This document shows, piece by piece, positions 12,435-26,098 of a stretch of 64,000 bases of DNA. A program made the position numbers and the translations under genes. Source of the DNA: Eledone cirrhosa (Eukaryota); the NCBI GenBank assembly GCA_964016885.1, contig OZ024752.1, forward strand, positions 10,044,001 through 10,108,000. Direction: 5' to 3'. Within the stretch, counting starts at the first letter, position 1; the number at the start of each line of letters is the position of its first letter. The notes below the pieces were generated by a model, which ran no database searches, had not been told where the DNA came from, and saw nothing but the letters and a program-made list of their open reading frames with translations.

Positions 12435-13919
12435 AATAGGAAGAGGAAGAAAAAATAAGAAAAATAAGAAGATTGAAGCAGCAGCAGCAGAAGCAGAAGA
12501 AGAGGTTTATTATATGTAAATCAGTTATATGTTGAACATTGCTTTTGTTTATCTTCAAATAGTTTCAATCTGTAATTATTGGTATGGTGAATACTTAATC
12601 CATTACGATAAAGGTTATCACAAACATATTCCTCTACTTAAGTAGAAAACATCATGGTAGTCACTATAGCATTATGTAATAAGGTTGGGTCACTTATTAA
12701 TCAATAAGTTAGAATTATATTGCTACGGAAAGTGGATTTATTTCCGAGAGGTATCTCTTACGACCGAAGGAATGGCGACAATTAAGAGATGATATACTTG
12801 TCCTATTCGATATAATATATAAGATAAACGTTCGTAATGACACCAATTCCGTTCTATATAACGTCACTAATACTATCCACATGTTTATATCTCCTAATAC
12901 ATACTACACATGTTTATGGTTTCTCTAATGGAACTAAAGATATATTAGAGAATTATTGATATACAAGCTGTACAACATATATTCGCCTGCAAGTATTAGA
13001 AGTCGGAGTGTACAGCTATTATACTAAAAACGAGGAAGGTACGTCTATTTCTAAACTATGAATGATTGATACGAAAGCTGATATGTAGCAAGCACAAAGC
13101 CTAACTTTACGTTGAAGAATCACAAAACTGAATTCACCATTATGTCGAGATATAGTTTTCTATGCCCCGAAAGTATACAGTTAGAACTAGCAAAGGAGAT
13201 GATATTAAAAAATACAAAATAGAAAAAAAAAACGTACATAAAGAAACACCCACAGCTACACAAACTAAATCTCTCATACAAAAAAGAAAATTGATTTCGT
13301 GAAATACTATCTTGGCAATTGACGTCATTCATGTGGAAAGCGAAGTAACCATCGACAAACGCTTGAAAACGACTTAGAAAAAATGTTAATCAAAATCAAA
13401 ATGTTATCCCAAAGAGAAGAAATTGGAATGTTATCCACTGAAGGTGCCTTCCACACTGGTGAAGGGACATTTATGTCCCGAAATATTGGACAGATAAAAA
13501 ACAACAACAAAACAAAGATTACCAGGTAACTTTTACTTTTCGTTACCTCATCTTACAGTCCATTTTGCCTTGTCCAGCCTTCTACCCTTTCAACGTTATA
13601 TATTATATACAAGGCTTCAAGCAAACTATACCATTTTATTACTGTTATTTGGCTTAAATATATTCCTCGTAAACCTTGGGCTACGTTCACCCAGTTTAAT
13701 ATAGTCGACGTTTAACTCTCCGGGTTCAGGTTTTAGATTACACTGGGGCGTTAGTTACTTTCAATAAATTTGAAATAGATCTATATATGCATACTCGCAT
13801 AAACATACCTAACTATAATGTGTTTAGTTTTGTGCTAAATCACCTACTTGAAATCTCAATGGAACTTTATTAGAAGGCAGATTTTCGCGACAGGCTGACT
13901 GTTCAGTCTGAGCATATTG

Positions 13920-14560
13920 AAAGTATGCATCCAAGAGAAGACTTAATCCATGGATCTATGAATTCTAATAAATGGTGTCGGATCGGAATATCGGAATCTG
14001 AGCGACAATACCTCGCTGATGTTCTACATGAAGCTACTGTGCAATTTGACCTCGTCACAAATCATCGTAAAACAAAGGTTATGTTTCAAACAAATGAAAA
14101 CCTTGCAAAATATCTCTAGCTGAGCAATTGTAAAATATGATGTATTCATGTATACATTGGTAGCAAAATTTCAATAAAAGATCTAACGATTAAGATACAG
14201 ATCGAGCCTGACTTGGAGCGAACATGGAGTAAATATCAAGAAACTCAAGAACCTAACCAAATTCTTGTGTACAAGACAGGGGCAGTGTATTTCCTCACAT
14301 ATTGAGCTGAGACATGAAACATAGAGGTCTTCAACTTAAAACAGAAACCTTCCTTAGATACAGATGATTGGTCATCGATACTTAATACGAAGATAGAATT
14401 CTGTGAATGCGCTGAATATACCGGTATGAATATAATTCTCCTCAAATTAAAGTTGTCTTGGGGGCGATATGTCTGCGTCGCTGAGAACAGCTTGCACAAA
14501 ATAACCCTCTATGGTGAGTTTACATGTGGAACAAGAATACAAGACATGATTAAATCAGGA
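13920..14560 (+). mobile_element. Highly decayed LINE (RTE-like) RT C-terminal fragment
   Basis: Remnant motifs KTKVMFQ, YIGSKIS, LVYK....LTY*AET*, KLSWGRYV..ENSLHKITLYGE. Confidence 0.5.
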
Positions 14561-15792
14561 ATTTTAACAGGCCTTGTAAACCTGCAGAGACCCATTGTCC
14601 ATCTGAGAAGATGCAGAAAAAATTAGGTAACGTTGATAACCTCTTATAATTCAGCATCTCCCTGAGATATCAAGACTTTGCTCTGATCAGGGCAGTCAGA
14701 GTAGACACGAGGGTGTGTATCGGCAGTAGTAACGCGGACCACTTGATCCAAAGACACTGTTCTTGTGTAATATTTAAAGTCGAGAATACAGATCCTGTAT
14801 TGAACTCTTCATCGATATACCTACCCATCTCTGACTGCCATTAATAGGAACATCATTGTTGAGACACAACAGGGAAAAATGTATGTTTTGTGAGTGTGTG
14901 TGAGTGTATGAGCGCACGTGCAGGTGTATGTGAACGAATGTATCTGTATCCATATAGATGTAAACAGCAATAACACTAACCATGTTAGGGCTGCGCGCGG
15001 TAGTGGAGTAGCTAGTGCGGCCATGTGCAACAACCCCCCGACCGTCATCAAACAATCGCACAACAAAAATATGATGATGATGATGATGTAAATATATATA
15101 TATGAATCTATTTCCTATTTTGATTGTATTGCTTAACAAACATACATGTATTGTAAGCATATATATTCACTGAGAGAAAAATAAATCTATATATACATAA
15201 AACTAGATAAAAACAAACACTTCCCTTCACACATTAATATGTTACGCGCTTTTCATTTCAGGACAGTTTTAAACGATCGTTGCAGTATATTTGTTTATAT
15301 CGAGTGTATATTTACTATATTCTCCTAGGTTACAGTATTTATTATACACTGCATGTATAATAGAAGCAGTGGAAATTAATTTCGCAACCAAAGTATGGGG
15401 AAAATTGAAGCAAGATCCTCCAGAAAGGTGTTTAGTAAATATACCATGATTACATCAATTTAAGGAGGATATTTGTATTACAGCTATTTCATTAACTTTC
15501 GCATAAGCAGTTGTGTATTTGAAGCTTCCATGCGTGGAAATGAATAAGCACCAATCAATATACCGAAAGAGAAGCATAAATAAATAAATAAAAAAATGTA
15601 ATACAATATTTTAAAGAGTATGGCGGACAATTTACTTGTTATAAAAATAACAACAAATACAACCACAAACGTAATAGTAACAACATCAACAACGACAACA
15701 AGAGTAATAGTAATAATAACAATAACATCATTTATAATAGTAATAATAACAACAACAACATCAATAATAATAACACCAACAACATCACGAGT

Positions 15793-15980
15793 AATAATTG
15801 TTTCTACGTTTGGCACAAGGCCAGCAATTACCAAGTACATTACTGGTGCTTTATTTTATCGACCCCGTAAGGATGAAAGGCCAAGTTAACCTGCGCGAGA
15901 TTTGAACTCAGACAATAAAGGGCCGTAACTTTGTGCTGCAAAGTATGGCGTCCGTCCATTTACCGATACTGCCAATCCAC
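15793..15980 (-). mobile_element. SINE family A
   Basis: Full-length reverse-complement copy. Confidence 0.8.
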
Positions 15981-16019
15981 AGTAATAATAATAATTGTTT
16001 CTACTTTTGACACAAGGCG

Positions 16020-16249
16020 AGCTTTACCGTAGCAAGCGATGTCATCATGAATGGACCAGTTATTTTTATCTAAAAACATTTTTTCCAATTACAACCCGCC
16101 CGTCCCCTCAATCTATCTTATTTCTCATTCTTGCGCCTGGTGAGGGACTAGTGTCCGAAACGTTAAGACCCTCTTGCTGTTATATCAATCGTTAACCAAA
16201 TATATCCCTTCCATATACTGTACCGATTGTGTTGTTATTTCTGTTTACC

Positions 16250-16255
<6 letters not shown>
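16020..16255 (+). mobile_element. Penelope-like pLTR/3' end fragment with minimal hammerhead-like core; second copy at 20930-21140
   Basis: The two copies align. Cores are CTGGTGA-G-GGAC(TAGT)GTCC-GAAACGTT (16137-16164) and CTGATGA-A-GGA...TCC-GAAATTTT (21024-21051). Both are followed by CA/TA repeats. Confidence 0.55.
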
Positions 16256-16302
<47 letters not shown>

Positions 16303-16303
16303 T

Positions 16304-16334
<31 letters not shown>

Positions 16335-17714
16335 GCAAAGTTGAAGACAGATAATGTGGAGCTCGGGGTGAGAGAAAATCATATAACACCCTATTCTTTT
16401 CTTTCTCACTTTATATATATACAATTATCATTTCAGTGAGATCGCATTTCGTCTGTGGTCAAAAACAAAGTGTAACGCAATTTTCGAGATATGCAGCAAG
16501 CACTCAATGGACTAAAAGCTGACCAGAGCAATTAACATACGTTATTGAGGCCAAACCAACTGAAAACGCCGGTAATGAAGCTATAGCTACCGGAGCCGAA
16601 AAAACTAAGCAAGCTAAACAGGTAAAACAAGTATATATGTGTGTGTATTTGTGTTTGTGTTTGTGTGTGTGTGTGTATATAATACATGTCTTTATGTAAC
16701 AATGAAACATTCATCATCTGTTGAAAGACATAACAACAGAATCCAACTTCCCTTAAAATGTAGAGACGCACCATGCAAGGATGAATTCAACGTTATTTAT
16801 GTAAATCATATAACCTATCGTGTTGTGTCCATTTCCGAAATTGTTCTGTATCTATTACTCCCGAACAGTATTTTCTATAAAATATGGTTCTAAATCTTGC
16901 CATAACACATCAGTATCTATTATATGACTCAGGAGGAACACAAAACATTTTTACTTCCTATTCCAAGTCGTCAATGCATATATATCCTCATGCATCATGA
17001 TTCTCATAGCCCTTTATATATTTCGTCTCATGTCATAACGTGGAATTATACCACTATATCGAATGCAATTTATTACCGTAATTGAACACGAAATATTATA
17101 TATAGAGATATCAAATTTCGAACAGTATGTCTTGAACAACTCCTTTAACAACGTACCTATGATATAACTTAACTATCAACCATGTAGAATATACAATGCA
17201 ACGCAAGTCATGCAAGTGCTACAATCGTTTGAAATTTATTATTAAAATGAACGGTAAACGACTGTAAAATGCCCCAAGGATTACATACACATGTGAATCC
17301 TTTGCTGGAATTGGAGAAGAGTTGTCGAATATTCATTTAAATATAAATAGATATAGTTACAAACACGGATAGATGCATACAGATTGAATTAGATTATTAA
17401 AGATCGATATTATTACATACAGAATAAATGTACACTCACCGCTTTAAGAAATGTCGCTTTGCAGAAATTTATGGAGAATAGAATATATTATCCGGAATGG
17501 AGTAGGTTATTTCGTTGTAAGTATATTGCGTTACAGTTATAATTCAACCCTGATTAAGTTGGATTGGTGTACTTTTATCTGCGGAATAGATTAAATATAT
17601 TTTAATATTTCTATTCAATTTTCAGGTGAGCTATTAGATTTCTGAATTTTTTGAAATCTAATAACAAGAAATTTGATTATATACTGTATTATATTTCGGT
17701 ACGAGAAATATGTT

Positions 17715-18005
17715 ATGAAAAATATATATATGTCTAACACATAAACATGAAAGACAACATTGAAGTTAAGATTATCTGATGAAGGTTTGGTACTTTCAAC
17801 GTTTATCATCTTTGTTTAAAATTATCACAAATACAGGCGTGAGAAAAATATATGTATGTCTAATACATTCAAGACATTATTATTCAACATGAGATTATCG
17901 TATTAAGGTCTGGTACTTTCAACGTTTATAGTCTTAGTTGAGAACTATCACAAATACAGACATGAGAAAATATATGTATGTCTAATACATTCAAGACATT
18001 ATTAT
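17715..18005 (+). repeat. ~120 bp diverged tandem repeat (about 3 units, resuming after SINEs near 18420)
   Basis: Recurring GAGAAAA.ATAT.TATGTCTAA.ACAT...GGTACTTTCAACGTTTAT...TATCACAAATACAG. Confidence 0.75.
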
Positions 18006-18019
18006 TATTGAACTTGAAT

Positions 18020-18420
18020 GGCGGTGGATTGGCAGTATCGTTAGAGGGTCGGACGCCATGGTTTGCAGAATGGAGTTACGGGCTTTTACGATCTGAGTTC
18101 AAATCCCGCCGAGGTTAACTTTGCCTTTCATCCATACGGGGTCGATAAAATAAAGTACCAGTAATGTACTGGATAATTGCTGGCCTTGTGGCAAAAGTAG
18201 AAAAACAATTATTATTAAACTTGTAGGGCGGTCGATTGGCAGTATCGGTAGAGGGTCGGACGCCATGCTTTGACGTATAGAGATATGGTCCTTGCCATTC
18301 TGATTTCAAATCCTGCCGACGTTTACTTTGACTTTCATCCTTACGGGGTCTATAAAATAAAGTACCAGTAATACACTGGGCTAATTGCTGGCCTCGTGCC
18401 AAAAGTATAAATAATTATTA
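18020..18420 (+). mobile_element. Two tandem SINE family A copies
   Basis: Full copies at 18020-18212 and 18225-18420, each with A/B boxes. Confidence 0.9.
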
Positions 18421-19289
18421 TTGAAGTTGTACTTTTAACGTTTATCAAATTAGTTAAGAACTATTACACATTGAGGTATGACAGCTTAATATTGGATATT
18501 TGCAAATAAAGGACATTTTGAATATTGTTTTATAGTTCTTATCAATTAACTCTAAATACAGACTTTGTGTAGTTACAATAGGTTTTGTAAAGAATAATGA
18601 AAACAAACAGGAAAAAAACCACAAAAGAGAAGTCTATTATTCTGATGTCATTCAAAGAGTGTTAGTGTTCTTGTTACATATTCAACTGTTAATTAACTGT
18701 TTCTACATGTGGCACAAGGCCAGCAATTACCCCAGTGTAATAATAACAGTAATGGTATAAAGTTAACAGTTTAACGAGTAAGGGAATGTTGAGTAAATCA
18801 ACACTAGTATTTTACTGTATGTTTTATTTTATTGACCCCATAAGAATGAAACGAAAAGGGGAGGGCGAGAGAGATGGAGGCGATGACAGTGGGAGTTCAA
18901 CTCTTCCACGTTCGGACCATATCCTTGCGTTTGTATTCATTAAATGATACATATTATATATAAATATAGTAAAATGTTCACAGTAACACACCAGCAAAAC
19001 CTGTTTCGAGGGAAGTACTGAACAACATAAGAAGCAACAACTACAATAGAAGTAACAACAACTGCAGGACGATAAGTTGGTAAACTAATTAGCCATGAAA
19101 CCGGCTACCAAGACCAGCGTCATATCTAGGGTTACTAAAGGTGCCAGCGAGTTTCTCTTTCGCCAGGGCCACAAATTCTTCTTCAATAAAGGAATCACTG
19201 TGAGGATGAGCTAATGAGTAGAGCGGCGTTGTAGTATACATCCATCATCTCCGTTCTGTACTACCACCTAACCACCGTGTCTTGGCCCG

Positions 19290-19605
19290 CTGCTGCTACT
19301 ACTTCTACCTCTTGTAAAACCAACACCTCTTCTAAAACCACCACTACCACTACTAATACTACAACATCTGCTACCACTATCTCTACCAACACTACTAAAA
19401 TCACCACTGCTACTAATACCACCACCACTACTAACACTACAACCTCTGCTACCAGTAATACAACCACACCCACCTTCACTACTACCTCTACCACCACCAC
19501 TACTAAAACCACCACCACTAATACTACTACCCCTACCACCACCACCACTAGTACTACTACCTCTACCACCACCTCTAATACCTCTACCACCACTACAACT
19601 ACTAG
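19290..19605 (+). repeat. (ACC/ACT)n low-complexity tract
   Basis: Degenerate trinucleotide repeat that yields the poly-T/poly-V pseudo-ORFs. Confidence 0.85.
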
Positions 19606-21616
19606 GCATTTTGAAACATTTTGACTATTATATATTTGTAATATTTAAAGCAGGGACATTAAAACTAAAAATGTGTAGAGATAAAACTTTAGAAATGGTT
19701 TAGAAGAAAGGAAAATGTCCAAGAAGCAGAAGAAATAGATGACTATGACGAATCTAAGCTGTCGAAACGTTTATATATATATTTAGGTGCAAAAGAATAA
19801 TTTCTACACTCCAGTGTACAAGAGAAACAGTTGTAAAATGAAAATAGCGAAACTGTTTTCCAAGCAGCATATGGTCAGAACATCTAATAAGATTGGTATA
19901 CATAAGAATTGTAAATGTATTCTTAAAATAGTCAACTATTTCAGAAGTTATGGGATTACGCAGCATTAACAAGATTTGCGAGATGTATGGGAACCTAATA
20001 ATGTGTTTCCCGTTGTTTGTTTGAGTTTAATCTGTGGTAAGAATTTATCTTGAAAACATTTGCCTGCTTTATGTAAAAGTATATTTAGATTTTGTTTGAA
20101 CATATTTGGAATATATCTGTTATCTGACAATGGTATAAAACGTATATATAATAGAAAATTGCAATATGAAAATATTTCTTACTTTTATAAGTTTTAATGT
20201 ATGGAAATTGTAAATATTTTATGATTTTGTGTCCATTTTATTCTCAAGATATGCAGGTATTCTTATTTTAATTCGGTTGATATTACCGATATAAATATAT
20301 ATAATCTACACAGTAGTGTAAATATGCTATACAATAAAGTAATACATGAAATATATTATGAAATAGTTACACTATGTCGGAGAAGGAATATTATCATTAT
20401 CAAACTAAAATTGTTTTGCAATGTACACGGAAAATACAAATAAACGGTATAAATGTTTTACATATCAGCTATTCACAGGCGTAAAACATTGATATGGCTG
20501 GTTTAACATATAGTCATTTGTCACGATGTATGTAATGTATGTATACATTTGCGTCACAGTTTCATCAATTCCCGTTAACGGAACATATAGCGTGACGCTT
20601 CTATGATCCGTTACCTATAATCTTTGAATCAATTAAAGTTATGTAGTTGGAAATATTCTTGTCTTCATATTAATTTCTTATTTAAAGTTATTTTCCTTTC
20701 TACTTCACTTTTCATTTTTTTTTTTTTTGTGGAATGGGATACTACTAGTCTTCACTAAGACATTCCTCTAGGGGAAGGCCACTCTGATCTAAAACCTGCG
20801 AAGTACTACAGTTTTTTTATTCACTTGAGATTTGTGCCCAGAAAGTACTTCTTCTGGGCTCAATACTATAGAGTCCATGTTGTTGTTTTTTTCGTGAAAT
20901 GTGTTCATATTTTATGCACTAATAATGTGTTTCCCGTTAAGAGATGTCCGGATGAATGGACCTATTATTTTTATCTAAAGATATTTTTTCCAATTCCAAC
21001 CAGCCATGTCCCCATTCTTTCTTCTGATGAAGGACTAGCTTCCGAAATTTTAAGACCCACTTCCTGCTATATCAAGCGTTAACCTAATATATCCCTTCCA
21101 TATACTGAACCGATTGTGTTGTTATTTCTGTTTACCTTTTACATACATAGATACATATATATGTATGTATGTGTATGTGTTTGTCAGTGTGTATAACATG
21201 TTCAATGACACCGTGTTTTTCATCATAAGCCCTTCCGATCTATTTATCAGATTTAGTTCGTGTGTGTTTAGTTTAGAGGAATTATAAAATATATATTTTC
21301 GATCATCATTTACCAATTACTCACATGTTATTACACTCCTCCATGGTTGAACTGGAATCCATTTTCTTTTCATTAATTGCATTTGTGAATTTATATTCAG
21401 GAGATAATACGTGTCGAGTAAAAGTCTAATTAAGATTATCACCTTGATGTTAACACATTTTACATATATTGATTTTATTCCTTACCATGTGCATGTTTAT
21501 TAATATCATTTGTATCAATTTCTATATTTCTATATTTCTATACACATACTCGATATTTATATATTACCCACTCACGACTGCTTAATACTCAGGTACAATC
21601 TTATATATATATATAT

Positions 21617-21800
21617 ATAGGAAAAGAGTCGGCACTCTGACGGCTGAACCCCAGCCGTTTCGACAGCTAGATCCAAACTAAGCCACCACGGTGCTCAGCC
21701 GTCGGGGTTCGGTCTCTTTTCCTATTACCCACTCTACTACCATACGTGTTGAGTATTCTGGTGCGTTATGGTCCACCTGGCATCTTACCACACTTTCTTT
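21617..21800. mobile_element. Short asymmetric-palindrome element (family P); relatives at 11980-12055, 31147-31345, 43555-43695, 44498-44680, 62350-62480
   Basis: Shared TTTCCTATTACCCA.TCTACTACC...GAGTA.TCTGGTGC.TTATGGTC.A.CTGG..CTTACCACA segment with an internal inverted arm; always flanked by (TA)n. Confidence 0.75.
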
Positions 21801-22031
21801 GTCTTATATATATATATTTATACAAAAGTTAGTACAGCATAATCGAAGCCTTGGCTGCAGCCAAGCTAACGAATGCAATCGGGATGTGCAGCTAATCACT
21901 CAATAAGGTATATTACCTTAAAGTTATAACATTACGTTTAGACAGCTTTACAAATTGAAGACAGCGACCGATCAGCTAGCCATAGTGACCAAAGCAACGA
22001 AAAAAACTAACTCAGGAAAATATGACAAACC

Positions 22032-22092
<61 letters not shown>

Positions 22093-22634
22093 AACAATAC
22101 TATTTTCCCACTTATGAATTCGTATATATATAAGTTATTCCGTGTTGAATCGGAGGTAGCCACAGTAAGTAAGGTACTCAATACATAGCTCTCACGAATG
22201 AAACACTTCTAGTCCTGTAGAAGCTCTTCTATATTACTACTATATATACATTTCTGTGTGTGATTACATATGTATGTGCGTGCGGGTGTATGAAGCTGAA
22301 CCCCTCACACATTAACAATTATATAGTAGGAATTATGATGTCACCTTAAACTACTATAGTCACCGACTATATTTATGGTCACTATCATGAAGCAGTTATT
22401 CGGAGCATCGACTTAAAAGAAATATAATTTCATACACCCAATCATATGACAGAACTGGAGGCTTTATGAAAATATCCTACGAATCTCCTCGAGGCAACCT
22501 CGAAGAAGTCCACCTAAATATGCAAAGTTGTAAACTGTACATTTTAGGATTTTGTTTATTCCAGGACCTAATTGTACAAATATTTTACTTCTATATTTGG
22601 GATGGATCACCCAAATATAACAATATATATATAT

Positions 22635-22671
<37 letters not shown>

Positions 22672-22681
<10 letters not shown>

Positions 22682-23468
22682 TTTAGTACAGCATTAACGA
22701 AGCTTTTGTTCGCGGCCAAGCTAACGAATGCAAATTCGGTATGTCGCTTTAGCACTCGGATGGGGAAAAGTGCCCCAGAGTAATATCAATACGTTCAGAC
22801 AGCTTAGCAAATCAAATATAGCGATCGGCAGTCCAGCCGCATCACTAGAGCAACGAAAATACAGGACTCAGGAAAAGATTTTAGACTGACCTGGACAAAA
22901 CGGTGAGGCTGAATGCAAAATATATAATGCATATCGTATAGCACACGATATACATCACATACAGCACACAGCATCTGCGCTAGGTTTCTGCAAATCCAAG
23001 ATCGACAAATTCCGCTTGCAGGGGTCTGCAAGTTAATGGTTTTTGACAACAGAACAAAGGATTTCCTTCTTCAGCAAGTCTTGTGTTCTTTAGCCTCTGC
23101 GGGTATGCTCTAGCATTAAATTTGGCTATAGACACGTGGTTTTCTCCAAGGGAGGTAACCCCCGCTTTGTCGGTGAATTCCAATTTGAGACAAAGGAATG
23201 AATCCCTTTAGACAAACCGAATTAAACACTCAACCAGAAGTTATCAAACAAACATAAACAATTAATCAATCAATAGAATCATCTAATTAAATTAATCAGT
23301 TAATCGTTAATTCTAGGAGTAAAATACACATTTGAGTACAGCATTAACGAAGCTTTAGTTTACAGCCAAGCTAACGAATGCAAATTCGGTATGTAGCTTT
23401 AGCACTCGGATGGGGAAAAGTACCCCAGAGTAATAACAATACGTTTAGACAGCTTAGCAAATCAAATA
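22672..23468. repeat. ~135 bp direct repeats (22672-22818, 23326-23468) around a ~510 bp interior; diverged copy at 21825-22030
   Basis: AGTACAGCATTAACGAAGCTTT...GCACTCGGATGGGGAAAAGT.CCCCAGAGTAAT...CAGCTTAGCAAATCAAATATA occurs twice. Confidence 0.8.
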
Positions 23469-24685
23469 TATCAGAAACTAAGTCCATAGAATCATTTGAT
23501 AAAATATATACAGTATTTCTCCTCCTTTTAGTATGTTTATGTACATTTTTTCTTCTAACTTCGATGTTGTACCTAATTGTGTATGGTTGGCTGTGTGTCT
23601 AGTCAATTTCTACGGGCTATTAGAAATACTAGGTAAATCTTCTGTGGCTGTTGATCGCGGATAAACTAGCTATCATTTATTTATCTACTGTTTCTTCATA
23701 GGGACATTTTAAACTTATAGCCTCGTTTAATTGGTTTTTTGTGTGGTTAATAATGCTGATTGGGAGGAGAAATACTGTATATATTTTATCAAATGATTCT
23801 ATGGACTTACTTTCTTATATATTGCTCTGATTGTTGATTATTTGATTAATTAATTCGTTATTGATCCACACCGTGAATGGTTGCCAATAACACATTTATA
23901 TATATCTATGGCTCTGTCTAGTTTATGTATATGTTTACAAACAGCGGAGAATTTGAAATAAGATGATGAAAATAGTACCACCGTTGCATTTTTGTCTAAG
24001 TAAATTAACCTAATAATTTATAAAAACCCAATTTCAAATACTCCGCTGTTTGTAAACAGAAGCTGAAAAAGGTTTGTATCTTACATATATATGTATTCAT
24101 ACACTATGATTATATAGCTTCAAATTTAATGGAAATTTGTGTGAATTGTATATTAGTATCATGGCAACAAAATGGCCATGATAGCCAGATATGTGGGACA
24201 GAGTCACATGTACGTGAATGCTAATTCATTTTTCCATTTTTGTGGGGTTTTATAACTCCTAAATTATTAGGCTAATTTACTTAGTGTCATCGTTGTATTT
24301 TGACTATTTTCGCTATCTAATAACAATATATGTTTCAACATTCGTTTACATATCAAAAACGTTGCAAAACAAATACATCGCCGCTATAAATATTTTATTT
24401 GTATATATAATATTAGAGTCATATACTGAAAATATATGCCTGTTCTTTTACACTTAATATAGTAAGGAGGAAAAATGTAGTGATGATTGCAAATGAAATA
24501 TTTTGGTAAACCTCATATGCAACCGATGAAAGCTAGCATTGTCCTCTTTAAATATATTGAGCTATATATTTGGATCATTCGATGCACGTTAGATCAGACG
24601 CACGATAAAAATGATGGTTTGAATCAGAGTACTTTGCTTTTCTGTGCTTGTTTAATAGCAGCTTGGGTTAGTTGTTCAATATAAG

Positions 24686-25380
24686 GGTGCAGATTGATAG
24701 AATGGGCAGTATCGGTAGAGGGTCGGACGCCATGCCTTGCAGCAAAGAGTTACGGCCCTTTATGGTCTGAGTTTAAATCCTGCCGAGGTTAACTTTGCCT
24801 TTCATCCTTACGGGGTCGATAAAATAAAGTACCAGTAATACAAGGGATAGTAGACACAATTATATTTATTTTGAAATCGAGAATTGGTTTTTACCAAAAA
24901 CTACTGCCACACTACAAAGAGACCTTGTGACTGGTGTGATTTCGTATTGTGAAATATATTTAATCCTAATAATTGTTTCTACTTTTGGCACAAGGGCAGC
25001 AGTTATCCAGTATATTACTGGTACTTATTATCGACCCCGTCATAATGGTTTCTTATATAGGCACAAGGCCAGTAATTTGGGGAAGGGGAAAGTCGATTAA
25101 ATCGACACCAGTGCGTGACTGGTACTTTATTTTATCGACCCCATAAGGATGAAAAGCAAAGTTAACCTCGGCGGGATTTGAGCTCAGTTCATAAAGAGCC
25201 GTAACTCTATGCTGCAACGCATGGCGTCCGACCCTCTACCGATACTGCCAATCCATCTAATAATTGTTTCTACTTTTGGCACAAGGCCAGAAATTATCCA
25301 GTACATTACTGGTACTTTATTTTATCGACCCCGTAAGGATGAAATGCAAAGTTGACCGCCATCTAATAATGTGAACAAGA
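24686..25380. mobile_element. Cluster of SINE family A copies and fragments
   Basis: Plus copy at 24686-24845; minus copies/fragments at 24968-25040, 25045-25255 and 25258-25360. Confidence 0.85.
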
Positions 25381-25489
25381 CTTTACGTTACTGAATGAGT
25401 GATTTGATTTGAACTCATGATGTACAAGGACGTAACCGAATAGCATGAGACATTTAGCCTTACTATTTCAACTGACTTTGTCATAGATT

Positions 25490-25837
25490 ATAGAACATAC
25501 CATAAATGGGTTATATTCATGACAGAATTATGTTATCCCTTACTGTAGACAATAGAATATAGAACATACCATAAATGGGTTATATTCATGACATAGAATT
25601 ATGTAATCCCTTACTGTAGACAATAGAATATAGAACATACCATAAATGGGTTATATTCATGACATAGAATTATGTAATCCCTTACTGTAGACAATAGAAT
25701 ATAGAACATACCATAAATGGGTTATATTCATGACATAGAATTATGTTATCCCTTACTGTAGACAATAGAATATAGAACATACCATAAATGGGCTATATTC
25801 ATGACATAGAATTATGTTATCCCTTACTGTAGACAAT
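25490..25837 (+). repeat. 71 bp minisatellite, 5 near-identical units
   Basis: AGAACATACC starts at 25492, 25561, 25632, 25703 and 25774. Confidence 0.95.
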
Positions 25838-25867
25838 CAGGAATAATCTATCCAGCCTTTTAAAGAT

Positions 25868-26060
25868 TAATAATTGTTTCTACTTTAGGCACAAGGCCAG
25901 CAATTACCCAGTACATTACTGGTACTTTATTTTATCGACTCCGTAAGGATGAAAGGCAAAGTTAACCTCGGCGGGATTTGAACTCAGACTGTAAAGGGAC
26001 ATAACTATGCTACAAAGCATGGCATCCAACCCTCTACCGATACTACCAATTCACCGCCCA
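25868..26060 (-). mobile_element. SINE family A
   Basis: Full reverse-complement copy; further degenerate copies at 26870-27215. Confidence 0.85.
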
Positions 26061-26098
26061 TTTAAAGATTACACCGCCATTTTAAAGATTAATAATGA

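Noticed and set aside
12211-12558. Poly-Arg / poly-Ser ORFs
   Set aside because: (AGA)n microsatellite.
17776-17805. CTGATGAAGG as a hammerhead core
   Set aside because: No GAAA after a stem, and the motif is not kept in neighbouring repeat units.
18020-18115. tRNA gene (A and B boxes)
   Set aside because: No cloverleaf, and it continues into the SINE core and tail; SINE head.
19261-19624. Mucin-like poly-Thr ORF and an adjacent 50 aa minus-strand ORF (~19090-19243)
   Set aside because: Trinucleotide low complexity with no recognisable domain or convincing splice context.
25490-25837. Regular repeat array resembling CRISPR
   Set aside because: Units are contiguous and near-identical with no unique spacers; eukaryotic minisatellite.
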